A stretch of 64,000 nt of DNA from Nannocystales bacterium (GTDB lineage Bacteria; Myxococcota_A; Polyangia; Nannocystales; Nannocystaceae). Each line of letters starts with the position of its first letter. Within the stretch, counting starts at the first letter, position 1. The DNA is taken from positions 488,249 to 552,248 of the forward strand of contig JBOEGF010000008.1 in NCBI GenBank assembly GCA_050633305.1, given 5' to 3'. The position numbers and the translations under genes are program-made. Positions 38,555-48,706 of this stretch are shown here, in pieces. The notes under the pieces are model-generated. The model was given only the letters and a program-made list of their open reading frames with translations, did no database searches and was not told where the DNA came from.

Positions 38555-41128
38555 CTACTTCTTCTTCGCCTTGCGCTGAGCTCCGGCGAGCTTTCGCTTG
38601 AGCGACCGCTCGGCGACGGTACCTTCGGCAAGGTTCACCGCCCGGTCGTACGACGTGGCCGCAGAGGTGTGCTCTCCCAGCGCGCTCAGACAGTCTCCAC
38701 GCAGCTCCCACCCCGAGGGCAGACGCTCGTCCAACTCGACCGCGATGTCGGCACTCGTGCAAGCTGCTCCGGGTCGCTCTCCCGCAAGCTCGATACCTCC
38801 GCGAAGCACCCACGCGCGTGGACTGACTGGAGCGCGGAGCGTGAGGCCCCGGCCGACGGTCGCCGCTGCTTTGGGCTGTCCAAGATCCATCCACAGGCCC
38901 GCGACGAACGGCGCAGTGTCGAGGAGCGCACCCACCGGTAGATCGGGCTCCCGCACCATCTTTCGCCAGCCTTTGTAGGCGAGGCTGGCAGCCCGTCGTT
39001 TCTGCCGCCCAGCGAGTTCGACCCGTGCATCCACCACGTACAGGCGTCCATCCAGGGTCCGGAGCGTCCGCCGGATGCCGTCACGCAACGTGACCTTCGC
39101 CAACCGCAGCTCACCCACCGCCAGCAAACTCGTGGCGTACAGCACACGGATCTCGACGTTGCGAGGGTCGGAAGCGACGAGCGCTTCGAGCCGGGTACGG
39201 GCTTGCGCGAGCGCCTGCGGGTTGCGGCGGGCCAGCTCGTATCGCGCCCACTCGAGCTCGAGTTGCTCCGGCTTCGCACCACGCGCGGCGGCCTCGGTCA
39301 ACCATCCCAGCACCCCCTCGTCGACCGGAGTGCCGCGCAGCGAAGCGTCGGTGGACGAAACGCGAGCCAGGTCCAACAGTGGGCCAGGACCAAGCGCAGT
39401 GTCGGACACCAGCGGCATGAGCACCTCCCGAGCCTCGCGAGCCCGTGCCAGCTGCACGAGGAAAGCCCCGTACGTGGCGCGGTAGATGCCGAGCTTGGGC
39501 GGGGTCTCGGCGGCAACTCGAAAGTGCTTCAACGCCTTCGCGGCGTCGTTCGGTTCATCGAAGATCCGGGTCGCATAGTGCTTCGCGAGACGGAACGACG
39601 CCTCCGCGGGAGCCGCTTCACGATCGATCGCTCGCTTCAGCGCTGCGACGGCTTCTTTCAAGGCCTCGGCATCCGGGGTCTTCGGATCGAGCCCGACCAG
39701 TCGCGCCTCGGCCAACCCAGTCCAGACCCGGTAGGTCCACGGGTGGTCGTCCGCCAGGGTCTCGAGTTCTTTGAGCGCCGCCGGTCGAGCCTCGTCCGCC
39801 GCGGTCGCGACACGGGCCGCAGCAACCGCCAAGTCCGGCCGATCGGGCAGCCGCTGTCGTGCGAACTCGACCCACGGGCGAGCCTCCGCGTGCCGATGCT
39901 GTTCGACCAGGGCCAACGCCTGTAGATGCCCGACCCGGGGGAGCGTCTGTGGCATGTCCTCCAGCACGGCCAGGGCCTCTTGACTCCGGCCCCGTGCCAA
40001 AGCTTCCCACGCATCCACGACACCGTCGGCCTGCGAACCCAAGTGGACCCCCTTGCGAAGCGTGTCGACGCGGTCGACCTGGCCGTAGCTCAGCAACCCC
40101 TCGAGAACATGGAGGCGTGCGTCGTTGTCGGCAGGAGAAAGAGCGCGCCAGGCATCGCTCAAGGCCTCGACGCCGTCGTCCGGCTCTCCCTCGTGCAGCT
40201 CGGCCAACCCCTTGGTGATCGACAACCGTGCGACGTCTGGCCCTCGCACCGTACCGTCGAGCGCGTCAACGAGCTCCAGCGCGCCCACGACCGACTCTGC
40301 CTTGAGAACCTTGAAGAACGCTTCGTCGACCGAGAGTCCGGTGTCCTCGGGAGCAAGCGAGCGAGCCTCGGCGGTCTTCGCCAGGGCGAGTTCCAGATCC
40401 CCGCGGCGCGCGACGAGGGTTGCCAGCGCCCGGAGGTTGGACGCAGAGGGCGTCTCTTCCAACGAGGACTCCAGCTGCGCGACGGCAGCATCCTCCATCG
40501 CGACGTCGTACGGATGCCCCAACGCGACGACCGCCTGAAGCCACGCGGCGTCAGCCCGCACCCACGGGTCCTCGTCGTCAAGAGCGCCCTCATATGCGCG
40601 GCGGGCTTGATCGAAATCGCCTTCGAGCGCCGCCAACATTCCCTCGCAAAGCGCGCCTTCGGACCGGCCCGCGGCTCGAGCCTGGGCGAGTGCGGCACGG
40701 GCCTCGTCCGCCTCGACGACGCCGCGAATGTGGAGATGGGTGACCACCAGTGCGATGCGGCCGAGTGTGGCCGGATGGTTGGGAGCGACATCGAGGTTGG
40801 TCGCGAGAACCGTGCGTGCCGCCTCGAGCTTTGCCACCGAAGACGCAGCCAGCGGCTCTTGTGCCGCAGCCAACCCCTGCTCGATACGGCGGCTCTCGGC
40901 AAACTCCTTGACCCCAAAGGCCACCGCCACCAGCAGGACGACGACCGCGACCAACAACAGGACGCGGTTGCGAATCTTGGCCCGGCGAGCCGCCCTCTGG
41001 GCACGCTCGTGCAGGTGCCGCCGCTGCGACTCCTGGTCGGCGTCGTGCTGCTGCTTGTTGTGGATCTCCTCCACCAAGCTTTGCCGAGTGAAGGTGTCCG
41101 ATGCCGAGGGGGCCGACACAGGGGGCAT
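38555..41128 (-). CDS. Membrane-anchored TPR-repeat protein
   Basis: N-terminal TM segment (VLLLVAVVVLLVAVAFGV) followed by Ala/Leu-rich helical repeats. Abuts the GT4 start. Confidence 0.8.
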   Translation of the reverse strand: MPPVSAPSASDTFTRQSLVEEIHNKQQHDADQESQRRHLHERAQRAARRAKIRNRVLLLVAVVVLLVAVAFGVKEFAESRRIEQGLAAAQEPLAASSVAKLEAARTVLATNLDVAPNHPATLGRIALVVTHLHIRGVVEADEARAALAQARAAGRSEGALCEGMLAALEGDFDQARRAYEGALDDEDPWVRADAAWLQAVVALGHPYDVAMEDAAVAQLESSLEETPSASNLRALATLVARRGDLELALAKTAEARSLAPEDTGLSVDEAFFKVLKAESVVGALELVDALDGTVRGPDVARLSITKGLAELHEGEPDDGVEALSDAWRALSPADNDARLHVLEGLLSYGQVDRVDTLRKGVHLGSQADGVVDAWEALARGRSQEALAVLEDMPQTLPRVGHLQALALVEQHRHAEARPWVEFARQRLPDRPDLAVAAARVATAADEARPAALKELETLADDHPWTYRVWTGLAEARLVGLDPKTPDAEALKEAVAALKRAIDREAAPAEASFRLAKHYATRIFDEPNDAAKALKHFRVAAETPPKLGIYRATYGAFLVQLARAREAREVLMPLVSDTALGPGPLLDLARVSSTDASLRGTPVDEGVLGWLTEAAARGAKPEQLELEWARYELARRNPQALAQARTRLEALVASDPRNVEIRVLYATSLLAVGELRLAKVTLRDGIRRTLRTLDGRLYVVDARVELAGRQKRRAASLAYKGWRKMVREPDLPVGALLDTAPFVAGLWMDLGQPKAAATVGRGLTLRAPVSPRAWVLRGGIELAGERPGAACTSADIAVELDERLPSGWELRGDCLSALGEHTSAATSYDRAVNLAEGTVAERSLKRKLAGAQRKAKKK

Positions 41129-41198
41129 GGTAGGTCCTCCGGGACCTCAACTGAACCATATCTGGCTGTTTTCGCCCCCGCGCACCGGGAACTGCCGT

Positions 41199-41975
41199 TT
41201 AGCCAGTGCCGAGGAGGCGGGCAAGATCACCACGGTGCGCCAAAGCGAGCGCATCCATCGTCCACGCCACACCGCAGTGCAGCAGCACCCCACCGTAGAT
41301 CGACCGCGTGCGCAAAGCGAGCGTCCCCAGCACGATGCCAGCGACCACCGATCCGAGCGTCTCCGGGAGCGCCTTCCCGAAATGGATCATGGTGTAGGGC
41401 ACCAGCGAAACGAAGATCGCGGCCGAGCCTAACGAACGGGCGAGCATGAACAGGAGGAAGCCCCGAAAGAAGAACTCGAGCGCGGCAAACTGGAACCCGT
41501 AGGCAGCCTCCCACAGGACCAGCCGCGACCAAGTCGATCCGGCATGTGGGTACCGCGGGTACCGCTCGAGGAACGCCGGGGAGTCCGCGACGAGGACGAC
41601 AACGGGCAACACCACGAGCAGCAAGGCCGCGTACAGCCCCCACGTGCGCCGGCTGCGGTGAAGCCGAAGACCCAAGTCGGCGACCCGGTCGCCCAGCAAC
41701 CGCACGCAGATGCACGGGAGCAGCACGTAGTTGACGGTCTTGAACAGCGACCAGTACAGCCACGGACCCCAGTGGCGGTCCGGGAGCCCCTCAAAGGCGG
41801 TCTGTAGGTGCTCGTCGGCGAACTTCGGCGACCCGAGATAAATCGGCAGGATCAGACACGAGATCGCGGTCAGCAGAACCCAGGGAGCCCGGCGGTCGGG
41901 CAGTGGCCGGTCGAGCATGTCGGAGTCGATCGCCCTCCACTGGTCGACCGTGAGCTTGCGGATCCAGTGCGGCAT
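41199..41975 (-). CDS. CPBP (type II CAAX/Abi) intramembrane glutamic endopeptidase
   Basis: LEFFFRG, MIHFGK and GVLLH motifs; multiple TM helices. Confidence 0.85.
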   Translation of the reverse strand: MPHWIRKLTVDQWRAIDSDMLDRPLPDRRAPWVLLTAISCLILPIYLGSPKFADEHLQTAFEGLPDRHWGPWLYWSLFKTVNYVLLPCICVRLLGDRVADLGLRLHRSRRTWGLYAALLLVVLPVVVLVADSPAFLERYPRYPHAGSTWSRLVLWEAAYGFQFAALEFFFRGFLLFMLARSLGSAAIFVSLVPYTMIHFGKALPETLGSVVAGIVLGTLALRTRSIYGGVLLHCGVAWTMDALALAHRGDLARLLGTG

Positions 41976-42010
41976 CACCGAGGAACGCCCTGGGTTTACC
42001 ATCGCCCCCG

Positions 42011-42718
42011 ATGATGCGTACGGCCTCTTGCGCGCTCTTGATGTTGTCCCTCGGCTGCTCCTCGACGAGCGCTGCGGACACCGACACGGACACCGACGCC
42101 TCCACGAGCACTGGAGCCGAAGAAAGCAGCACCGGGGCCGAATCCTCGTCGAGCGGGCCCGGGCTTTCTTGCGAGGCCGAGACGATGATCCCCGCAGGTG
42201 CAGCGATCGATCCCAACGGCACCATCGATCCGCTGGAGTGGGCCGGAGGAACGGTCGTCGCGATCCCGGTCCAAGCCACCGAGGTGAACGTGATCCTCTC
42301 CCACGACGGCGAGAACCTGAACGTCGGCTTTCAACCGCTGGCAGAAGGCGGCTTGATCATCTTCCCCGAGCTGTACATCGACCCACTCAACGACAAGTCC
42401 GTCATGTTCGGAGCCGACGACTGGTGGTTCCACACCGACGACCAGGAGTGTGGAGCGCAGGGCATGCTCGACGCGTGGCCGGACTGCGTGGACGACAACC
42501 CGGACTGGGAGAGCACCCCCGGACTGGTCGGCCCGGCCAACGCCGTGGAGTACTCGATCCCGTTCGAGCTTCTGGGCATCGACCTGACGAGTTCCTGCGA
42601 GATCGGCCTCGCGATTCGGGTCACCAACACGCAGACGGTGGCTGAAATCTGGCCCGCGGACTCGGACCGGAACGAACCCGTCACCTGGGCCACCGTCGCA
42701 CTCGACACCGACTTCTAG
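42011..42718 (+). CDS. Lipoprotein, possible CBM9/DOMON-like domain
   Basis: Lipobox LSLGC; DTDTDTD/SSTG linker; IDPNGTIDPLEW...LYIDP...VEYSIPFELLG. Confidence 0.7.
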   Translation: MMRTASCALLMLSLGCSSTSAADTDTDTDASTSTGAEESSTGAESSSSGPGLSCEAETMIPAGAAIDPNGTIDPLEWAGGTVVAIPVQATEVNVILSHDGENLNVGFQPLAEGGLIIFPELYIDPLNDKSVMFGADDWWFHTDDQECGAQGMLDAWPDCVDDNPDWESTPGLVGPANAVEYSIPFELLGIDLTSSCEIGLAIRVTNTQTVAEIWPADSDRNEPVTWATVALDTDF

Positions 42719-42787
42719 AACACACCTCGACGCGCCCGTCGCGTTGAGGATCGTTGCCAGGCGCTGGTCTCGCGGTAGCGTTCGCCC

Positions 42788-43729
42788 GTGAGCACCCCGC
42801 GGCCCAGCTATGACGACCCTGCCACGTACGCGCGCCTCGCTGGATTCGGCGGGGAATGGAGAGACACATGGTGGAACTCGGACTACCTGGACCTCATCGG
42901 CCAACGCTGCGACCTGGGTCGGCGGACCCGGTTGCTCGACGTCGGCTGCGGCGCGGGACACTGGGGGCGCGCGGTCCTTCAGCGGATGTCGGCCGGTGCC
43001 ACCCTCACGGGCATCGATCGTGAGCCAGCGTTCTTCGACGCAGCTCGTTACGCTGCCCGCACCGCAAACGCGACGGCAAGCTACCAGGAGGCCCAGGCAG
43101 AGGCCCTCCCCTTCGACGACAATTCGTTCGACGTCGTGACCTGCCAGACCGTGCTGATCCACGTCCCGGACGCTCAGGCGGTCGTCGAAGAGATGCTGCG
43201 GGTCACCAAGCCGGACGGCGTCATCGTGTTGGCCGAGCCCGACAACCTGGTGCTGGCCACAAGCTTCATGGGCACCAGCGTTCCTCTCACCGTAGCCCAG
43301 CGGCTGTCCCTGCTGCAGCTCCAGCTCGTGTGCCATGCGGGGAAGCGCGCGCTGGGTGAAGGGGATGGAGAAGTCGGGGCTCGACTGCCGGCGCTTCTCC
43401 GCCAAAGTGGTGCAGTCGCGGTGCAGACGTTCGCCTCAGACAAGGCGGCATGGGCGAGCGCCCCATACGACGACCATGCCCAAGCTGTCGACATCAAGAC
43501 CCAGCTGGACTTCGCCCGCGCCGACCAGTGGATGCCCACCGGCCCCCGCGAGGACACGCGTCGGCACTACCTCGCCGGCGGAGGGACCGAACCCGACTTC
43601 GAGGCGTGTTGGGCGTGCGTGCTGCAATGGCTCCGTACTTTCGAGCAGCAGGTCAGCGCGGGGACGTTTCACTGCGCCCGCCCGACCTGCATGGTTCTCG
43701 CGTGCGGTCAGCCTGGCTCGGGCACGTAG
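42788..43729 (+). CDS. Class I SAM-dependent methyltransferase
   Basis: Motifs LLDVGCGAGHW, LPFDDNSFDVV and LRVTKPDG. Confidence 0.9.
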   Translation: MSTPRPSYDDPATYARLAGFGGEWRDTWWNSDYLDLIGQRCDLGRRTRLLDVGCGAGHWGRAVLQRMSAGATLTGIDREPAFFDAARYAARTANATASYQEAQAEALPFDDNSFDVVTCQTVLIHVPDAQAVVEEMLRVTKPDGVIVLAEPDNLVLATSFMGTSVPLTVAQRLSLLQLQLVCHAGKRALGEGDGEVGARLPALLRQSGAVAVQTFASDKAAWASAPYDDHAQAVDIKTQLDFARADQWMPTGPREDTRRHYLAGGGTEPDFEACWACVLQWLRTFEQQVSAGTFHCARPTCMVLACGQPGSGT

Positions 43730-44355
43730 CCTTCGAGGTAGCGCCGAAGCATTAGCTTGGTTTCGGTGAGCATCTGCGCCCCCGTGTCCTTGGGTTCGTT
43801 GGCGATCACCAGCATGCTCACCGCGAACGTGTAGACCAGTGTCCTTGCGACGCGGTGGCTGTGTTCGGGTGAAAGGTCGGGAGCCCACGCTCCCACCAGC
43901 ACACCGACGATCTGGATGAAGCCCTGCATCTGCGCCGTATCCTCGTCCTCGAACTCTCGGTAGAGCTCGAAGTTGCGGACCATCGCGCGCATCATGACCG
44001 AGCGGTGATGCAGCTCGAAGTACAGGTCGCAGACCTGCTCGAGAAGCTCGGGCCAGGGCCGGTCCGTGCCCGGAAGCATCATCGAAGCGAACGTCGCCCC
44101 GCTCGCCTCGATCGCACGCCGGGCGACCTCTCGAAACACGGCCTTCTTGTTGGGAAAGAACTGATAAACCGAGCCGATCGACGTGCCCGCCGTGGCCGCG
44201 ATCCCCTCCATGGTGGTCGCGTCGAATCCAAACTCCGCGAACGACTCCGCAGCCGCCTCGACGATCGAATCGTGTCGGCGCCGACTACGCTCCTGCTGTG
44301 GACGTTTCCGCGGGGAGGCTTTTTTCCCCCGTTTTTTCGTGGGCTTAGTCGTCAA
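43708..44355 (-). CDS. TetR/AcrR-family transcriptional regulator
   Basis: PQQERSR...TTMEGIAATAGTSIGSVYQFFPNK HTH. Divergent from the P450 gene. Confidence 0.93.
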   Translation of the reverse strand: MTTKPTKKRGKKASPRKRPQQERSRRRHDSIVEAAAESFAEFGFDATTMEGIAATAGTSIGSVYQFFPNKKAVFREVARRAIEASGATFASMMLPGTDRPWPELLEQVCDLYFELHHRSVMMRAMVRNFELYREFEDEDTAQMQGFIQIVGVLVGAWAPDLSPEHSHRVARTLVYTFAVSMLVIANEPKDTGAQMLTETKLMLRRYLEGYVPEPG

Positions 44356-44358
44356 CGC

Positions 44359-44415
44359 TTGACGAACGTGAGGCCTTCCTCATCTTTTGTCAAACATGAG
44401 GACATCCTCATCTTT
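44359..44415. promoter_or_regulatory. Divergent promoter region with two tandem palindromic operators
   Basis: GTGAGGCCTTCCTCAT (44368-44383) and ATGAGGACATCCTCAT (44396-44411), each followed by CTTT. TTGACG on + (44359-44364) and TTGACA on - (44393-44388). Confidence 0.75.
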
Positions 44416-45760
44416 AGCGAACGCCGCACCCCTGCCGGGGCCTCGCGGACTCCCGTACTTCGGCTCGTACTTCGAGGTCGTCACGGACCGACTGGGGCTG
44501 TTCACCGACGGACGCGACCGATTCGGCGACCTCGTTGGCTACCGCTTTGGTCCGTTCCGATTCGTGGTGCTCCACGACCCCGAAGCGATCCATCACGCGT
44601 TCGTCCGCCACCACAACCGCTACGTAAAAAGCCGATCCTACGACGGTCTCCGTCTGGTCATGGGCAACGGCCTGGTCACCTCGGAGGGCGACTTCTGGAA
44701 GCGGCAGCGCAAGCTCAGCCAGCCCGCGTTTCACCGCAAGCGATTGGCACAGCTCGCGGCCACGATGGGACGCCTGACCGAAGACCTCGCCGACGAGTGG
44801 TCGACCGCCCACGGCACGACGGTCGAGCTCCACGACGCGATGATGCGGCTGACACTCCGCATCGTCGGCCACACGCTGTTCTCGACCGAACTCTCCACCG
44901 AGGCTGGTCGATTGGGCCCAGCGATCACGACCGCGCTACAGCGAGCCAACGCCGAGGCGGTCAGCGCGATTCGGCTTCCGATGTGGGTGCCCACGCCTGC
45001 GAACGTTCGCTTTCGAGGAGCGCAGCGGATCCTGGACGAAGCCATCGGCAGCATCATCGCGGAGCGTCGCGCCAACCCGCACGATCGAGGAGACTTGCTT
45101 TCGATGCTGATGTCGGTGGAGGACGAACTCACCCGTGAGCAGATGACCGACCAGCAGCTACGCGACGAGGTTCTCACCCTGTTCCTGGCCGGGCACGAGA
45201 CGATCGCCACCCACATGAGCTGGACCTTCAAGCTCCTCACCGAGAATCCGCAGTGGGCCCGAGCGGTTCGAGAGGAGGCCGATTCCGTACTCGGCGGTCG
45301 GACACCCACGATGGAGGACCTGCCCAAGCTCGAGGTCGCCGGCCGCGTCATTTCGGAATCAATGCGGCTGTATCCGCCGGTTTGGATCTTCGAGCGGACC
45401 GCGGTCGAAGATGACGAGGTCCTCGGCCGCGTCATCGAGCGCGACACCATCGTCGCCGCCTGTCCTTGGACTCTGCACCGCCATCCCGCGCTGTGGACCG
45501 ACCCGCTCAGGTTCGACCCCGGCCGCTTCCTTCCCGAGCGCAGCGCCAACCGGCATCGCTACGCGTACATCCCGTTTGGCGCGGGCCCACGAATCTGCAT
45601 CGGAAACAACTTCGCCCTGATGGAGGCGAAGATCATCCTCACGACCCTAATCCAGCGTTTCGCGATCCAAGTCCACCGTCCCGAGCAGGTGGGCCTGGAT
45701 CCGGGCATCACCCTCCGACCCAAGGGCGGAATGCCCGGAACGATCCGCGTGATGTCGTAG
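44396..45760 (+). CDS. Cytochrome P450
   Basis: AGHET, ExxR (ESMR), PGRFLPER and heme motif FGAGPRICIG. Confidence 0.96.
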   Translation: MRTSSSLANAAPLPGPRGLPYFGSYFEVVTDRLGLFTDGRDRFGDLVGYRFGPFRFVVLHDPEAIHHAFVRHHNRYVKSRSYDGLRLVMGNGLVTSEGDFWKRQRKLSQPAFHRKRLAQLAATMGRLTEDLADEWSTAHGTTVELHDAMMRLTLRIVGHTLFSTELSTEAGRLGPAITTALQRANAEAVSAIRLPMWVPTPANVRFRGAQRILDEAIGSIIAERRANPHDRGDLLSMLMSVEDELTREQMTDQQLRDEVLTLFLAGHETIATHMSWTFKLLTENPQWARAVREEADSVLGGRTPTMEDLPKLEVAGRVISESMRLYPPVWIFERTAVEDDEVLGRVIERDTIVAACPWTLHRHPALWTDPLRFDPGRFLPERSANRHRYAYIPFGAGPRICIGNNFALMEAKIILTTLIQRFAIQVHRPEQVGLDPGITLRPKGGMPGTIRVMS

Positions 45761-45777
45761 CTGTGCCTCGTGTCCGC

Positions 45778-46581
45778 TCAACAGCGAACGCCGAGGTCGT
45801 AGCTGACACACATGTCCTGCAGTGGCATGTCGACCCGAACGAAGGCTCGGCCGGTGTCGTCGTTCCCGGAGTTGCAGTCGATCTCTGTGACGACCAACTC
45901 CGTCTGCTCGGAGCAGCACCCCGCAAGCCCGTCCGGCGACGTCGCAGCCTCCGAGTTCTCCGGGCACGTCACCACGGGGTTGTCCGGGTCGTCACACAAG
46001 AAGAACTGACACACCCGAACCGGGATGTTGGTGTCGATCTCGTACGCCATGTCGATCTGACCGAAGCTCGTGTCGTCGCAGCGATACGTGAACCAATCCT
46101 CGTCCCCACTCCCCCCCGGGAGCCGGCCATCCACAACTTCGAACGTGGGGTTCGAGTCGTTGAACTCGCCGAGATCAGGCGCGTCGCCCTCGGTGTTGTT
46201 CGGCTCTGAGCGCTCTTGCGGGCAATTCTGCGGCAGCTCGCAGACATCGTCCACGCAAACATTGTCCCCTTCGCAGCCGCCACGACGGTCGCAGGCGCAA
46301 TCCAGCGTACCGAGTTCACAGCCCGGGCCCGTGCTGGAGCTGCTCGCGAATCCAGTCGAGGACGAGCTACTCGCCGCCCCGCTTGAAGAACTGGAGTCGG
46401 CCTCATCGGTGGTGGAACTGGAGCTGGAGCTGGCCGTGGTGGGCGGGAGGGTCGTGCTCCCGTCGCCGCTGCTCGAACTCGAGCTCGATCCAACATCGGT
46501 GCCACCCGGATCATCGCTGCCAGCACAGCCTAGCGTCATCCCTGACAGTGCGATCACCGCCCACATCGGCAAGCTCTTCAT
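45778..46581 (-). CDS. Cys-rich lipoprotein
   Basis: Lipobox MTLGC; Ser/Thr linker; CELGTLDCAC; EPNN...DEDWF as seen in pre-peptidase C-terminal-like domains. Confidence 0.75.
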   Translation of the reverse strand: MKSLPMWAVIALSGMTLGCAGSDDPGGTDVGSSSSSSSGDGSTTLPPTTASSSSSSTTDEADSSSSSGAASSSSSTGFASSSSTGPGCELGTLDCACDRRGGCEGDNVCVDDVCELPQNCPQERSEPNNTEGDAPDLGEFNDSNPTFEVVDGRLPGGSGDEDWFTYRCDDTSFGQIDMAYEIDTNIPVRVCQFFLCDDPDNPVVTCPENSEAATSPDGLAGCCSEQTELVVTEIDCNSGNDDTGRAFVRVDMPLQDMCVSYDLGVRC

Positions 46582-46658
46582 GCGGCGATGCTCGCACGAA
46601 CCCAGTGGCGACAACCAGCAGCGACCGGGCATTTGCGATACCGTCAGGATGGAACGCG

Positions 46659-48677
46659 GTGGGATTTTCGACAGTCAAACGATGGGCGCTGCTCGGCAGC
46701 GTATGGATGGTCGCACTTGCAAGCGGATGCACTTCCGACACCTCATTCCAGTGCTCCGATGACTCCCAATGCGCCGGGAACTCCGAGGCAGGTACATGCC
46801 AACCGCTGGGCTTCTGTAGCTTCCCAGACCCCGTCTGCGTGTCGAACCAGCGCTACGGAGACCTCGCACCTTCGGGTGTCGCAGGGAAGTGTGTTCCACC
46901 CGACCAAGACGGTGGTTCGGACACGGATGGAGCCGATTCGGAAGGACCCAGCACCGACTCCGACACCACCGATCCAATGGTCGAGGCAGAGTGCGGCAAT
47001 GCCATCGCCGAGGGCTCCGAGGCATGTGACGGGAGCGATCTAGCCAACCAGACCTGCGAAACCCAAGGGTTTGCCGGAGGCGCGCTTCAGTGTGCCTCCG
47101 ACTGCACCTTCGATGCTTCTTTCTGCACGCAGTGTGGCAACGGGAGCATCGACCCCGGAGAGGCGTGTGACGGAAGCGCCCTCGGCGACGCGACAACCTG
47201 CGCGGACGTCGGGCTCGGCGAGAAGAGCGAAGCGCTCGGGTGCAGTGACACGTGCACGTACGACTACGGGGAATGCAGCGCCTGCGGCGACGGCATGGTG
47301 ACGGCGCCCGAGAGCTGCGACCCCGCAGCCGAGGTCAGCCAGACGTGCGGGGACGCAGGCTTCGACTCGGGGACGATCGCTTGTTCCCCCGGCTGCGTCC
47401 TCGATACCTCCGGATGCGCGCTGTGTGGAAACGCGGCCCGCGACGGAGATGAGGCCTGCGATGGCGCGGACCTTGGCACCTCGACGTGCGACAGCGAGGG
47501 TTTTCAAGGGGGCGCGCTTCAGTGCGCAACCGACTGCACCTTCGACACGACCGAATGCTTCACCTGTGGTGACGGGACAGTGTCGGGGACCGAGGCCTGC
47601 GACGGCGAGGCCTTCGATGGCGAATCTTGCAGCACGCTGGGCTTCACGCACGGAGACCTCTCCTGCACGGGTACGTGCACGGTCGACGCGTCCGACTGTA
47701 GTTCATGCGGCAACGGGGTCATCGACGGCGCCGAAGCGTGCGATGACCTCGACCTCGACAACCAGTCTTGCGAAGGACTTGGCTTCTTTGACGGCACGCT
47801 GAGCTGCTCGGACGCTTGTACCTTCGACACGTCGAGCTGCAACGGGGCGGGGTGCGGAGATGGCTCGGTCAACGGCGGAGAAGCATGCGACGGCGACGCC
47901 CTGGGCGGGCAGTCCTGTGACTCGCAAGGGTTCGACGGCGGCACGCTATCCTGCTACGCCGACTGCACGCTCAACAGTGGCGGGTGCTTCGAATGCGGCG
48001 ACAACACCATCGACCCGGCCGAGAGCTGCGACGGCACCGCGCTCGGTGGCCAGACCTGCGGGTCTCAGGGCTTCGACGGCGGCGCACTCGCCTGCGACGC
48101 CAGCTGCAGCTTCAACACGGGGAGTTGCTACGAGTGCGGCGACGGAGACGTCAACGCTGGCGAAGAGTGCGACGGCTCGAGCTTCGACGGCCAGACCTGC
48201 GCGACCGAAGGCTTTGATGGTGGCTCCTTGTCCTGCAATGGCAACTGCGACGTCGTCACCTCCGGCTGCTTCGAATGCGGCGATGGAGACGTCGACGCCG
48301 GCGAATCTTGCGATGGCCTGAACCTCGACGGGGAAAGCTGTGCGAGCCAGGGCTTCGACGGTGGCCTCCTCAGCTGCAGCGGGAGCTGCAACTTCAACAC
48401 GAGCAGCTGCTACGCCTGCGGCGACGGAGACATCGATCCGGGCGAGACCTGCGACGGCTCGAACCTTGGCGGCCAGAGCTGCAGCAGCCTCGGTTTCGCG
48501 GGGGGGGACTTGAGCTGTTCCGCCGCGTGCGAACTCGACACCAGCGGGTGCTTCCTTTGCGGCAACGGCGTCGTCGAGCCAGGCGAAGAGTGTGACGGGG
48601 AACTTCCCGGCTGCCTGGAGTGCATCGGTTGCATGGTCGTGGACGAGTTCTGTTGCGGCGGGAAGCTCCCCTGCTAA
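46659..48677 (+). CDS. Lipoprotein with 11 full and 1 partial ~47-aa six-Cys repeats
   Basis: Lipobox LASGC. Repeat unit CG(N/D)GxxxxxExCDGxxLxxxTCxxxGFxxGxLxCxxxCxxDTSxC. Start uncertain (GTG 46659). Confidence 0.88.
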   Translation: MGFSTVKRWALLGSVWMVALASGCTSDTSFQCSDDSQCAGNSEAGTCQPLGFCSFPDPVCVSNQRYGDLAPSGVAGKCVPPDQDGGSDTDGADSEGPSTDSDTTDPMVEAECGNAIAEGSEACDGSDLANQTCETQGFAGGALQCASDCTFDASFCTQCGNGSIDPGEACDGSALGDATTCADVGLGEKSEALGCSDTCTYDYGECSACGDGMVTAPESCDPAAEVSQTCGDAGFDSGTIACSPGCVLDTSGCALCGNAARDGDEACDGADLGTSTCDSEGFQGGALQCATDCTFDTTECFTCGDGTVSGTEACDGEAFDGESCSTLGFTHGDLSCTGTCTVDASDCSSCGNGVIDGAEACDDLDLDNQSCEGLGFFDGTLSCSDACTFDTSSCNGAGCGDGSVNGGEACDGDALGGQSCDSQGFDGGTLSCYADCTLNSGGCFECGDNTIDPAESCDGTALGGQTCGSQGFDGGALACDASCSFNTGSCYECGDGDVNAGEECDGSSFDGQTCATEGFDGGSLSCNGNCDVVTSGCFECGDGDVDAGESCDGLNLDGESCASQGFDGGLLSCSGSCNFNTSSCYACGDGDIDPGETCDGSNLGGQSCSSLGFAGGDLSCSAACELDTSGCFLCGNGVVEPGEECDGELPGCLECIGCMVVDEFCCGGKLPC

Positions 48678-48706
48678 CAGCGTGAGCGCGAGCTGGCCCG
48701 AGCGGT

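Noticed and set aside
42788..45760. Methyltransferase + TetR + P450 as a biosynthetic gene cluster
   Set aside because: No scaffold-forming enzyme (PKS, NRPS, terpene synthase or RiPP precursor) is nearby.
46990..48600. ~141-bp periodicity as a DNA repeat array
   Set aside because: Fully explained by the protein's Cys-rich repeats, with heavy synonymous divergence.
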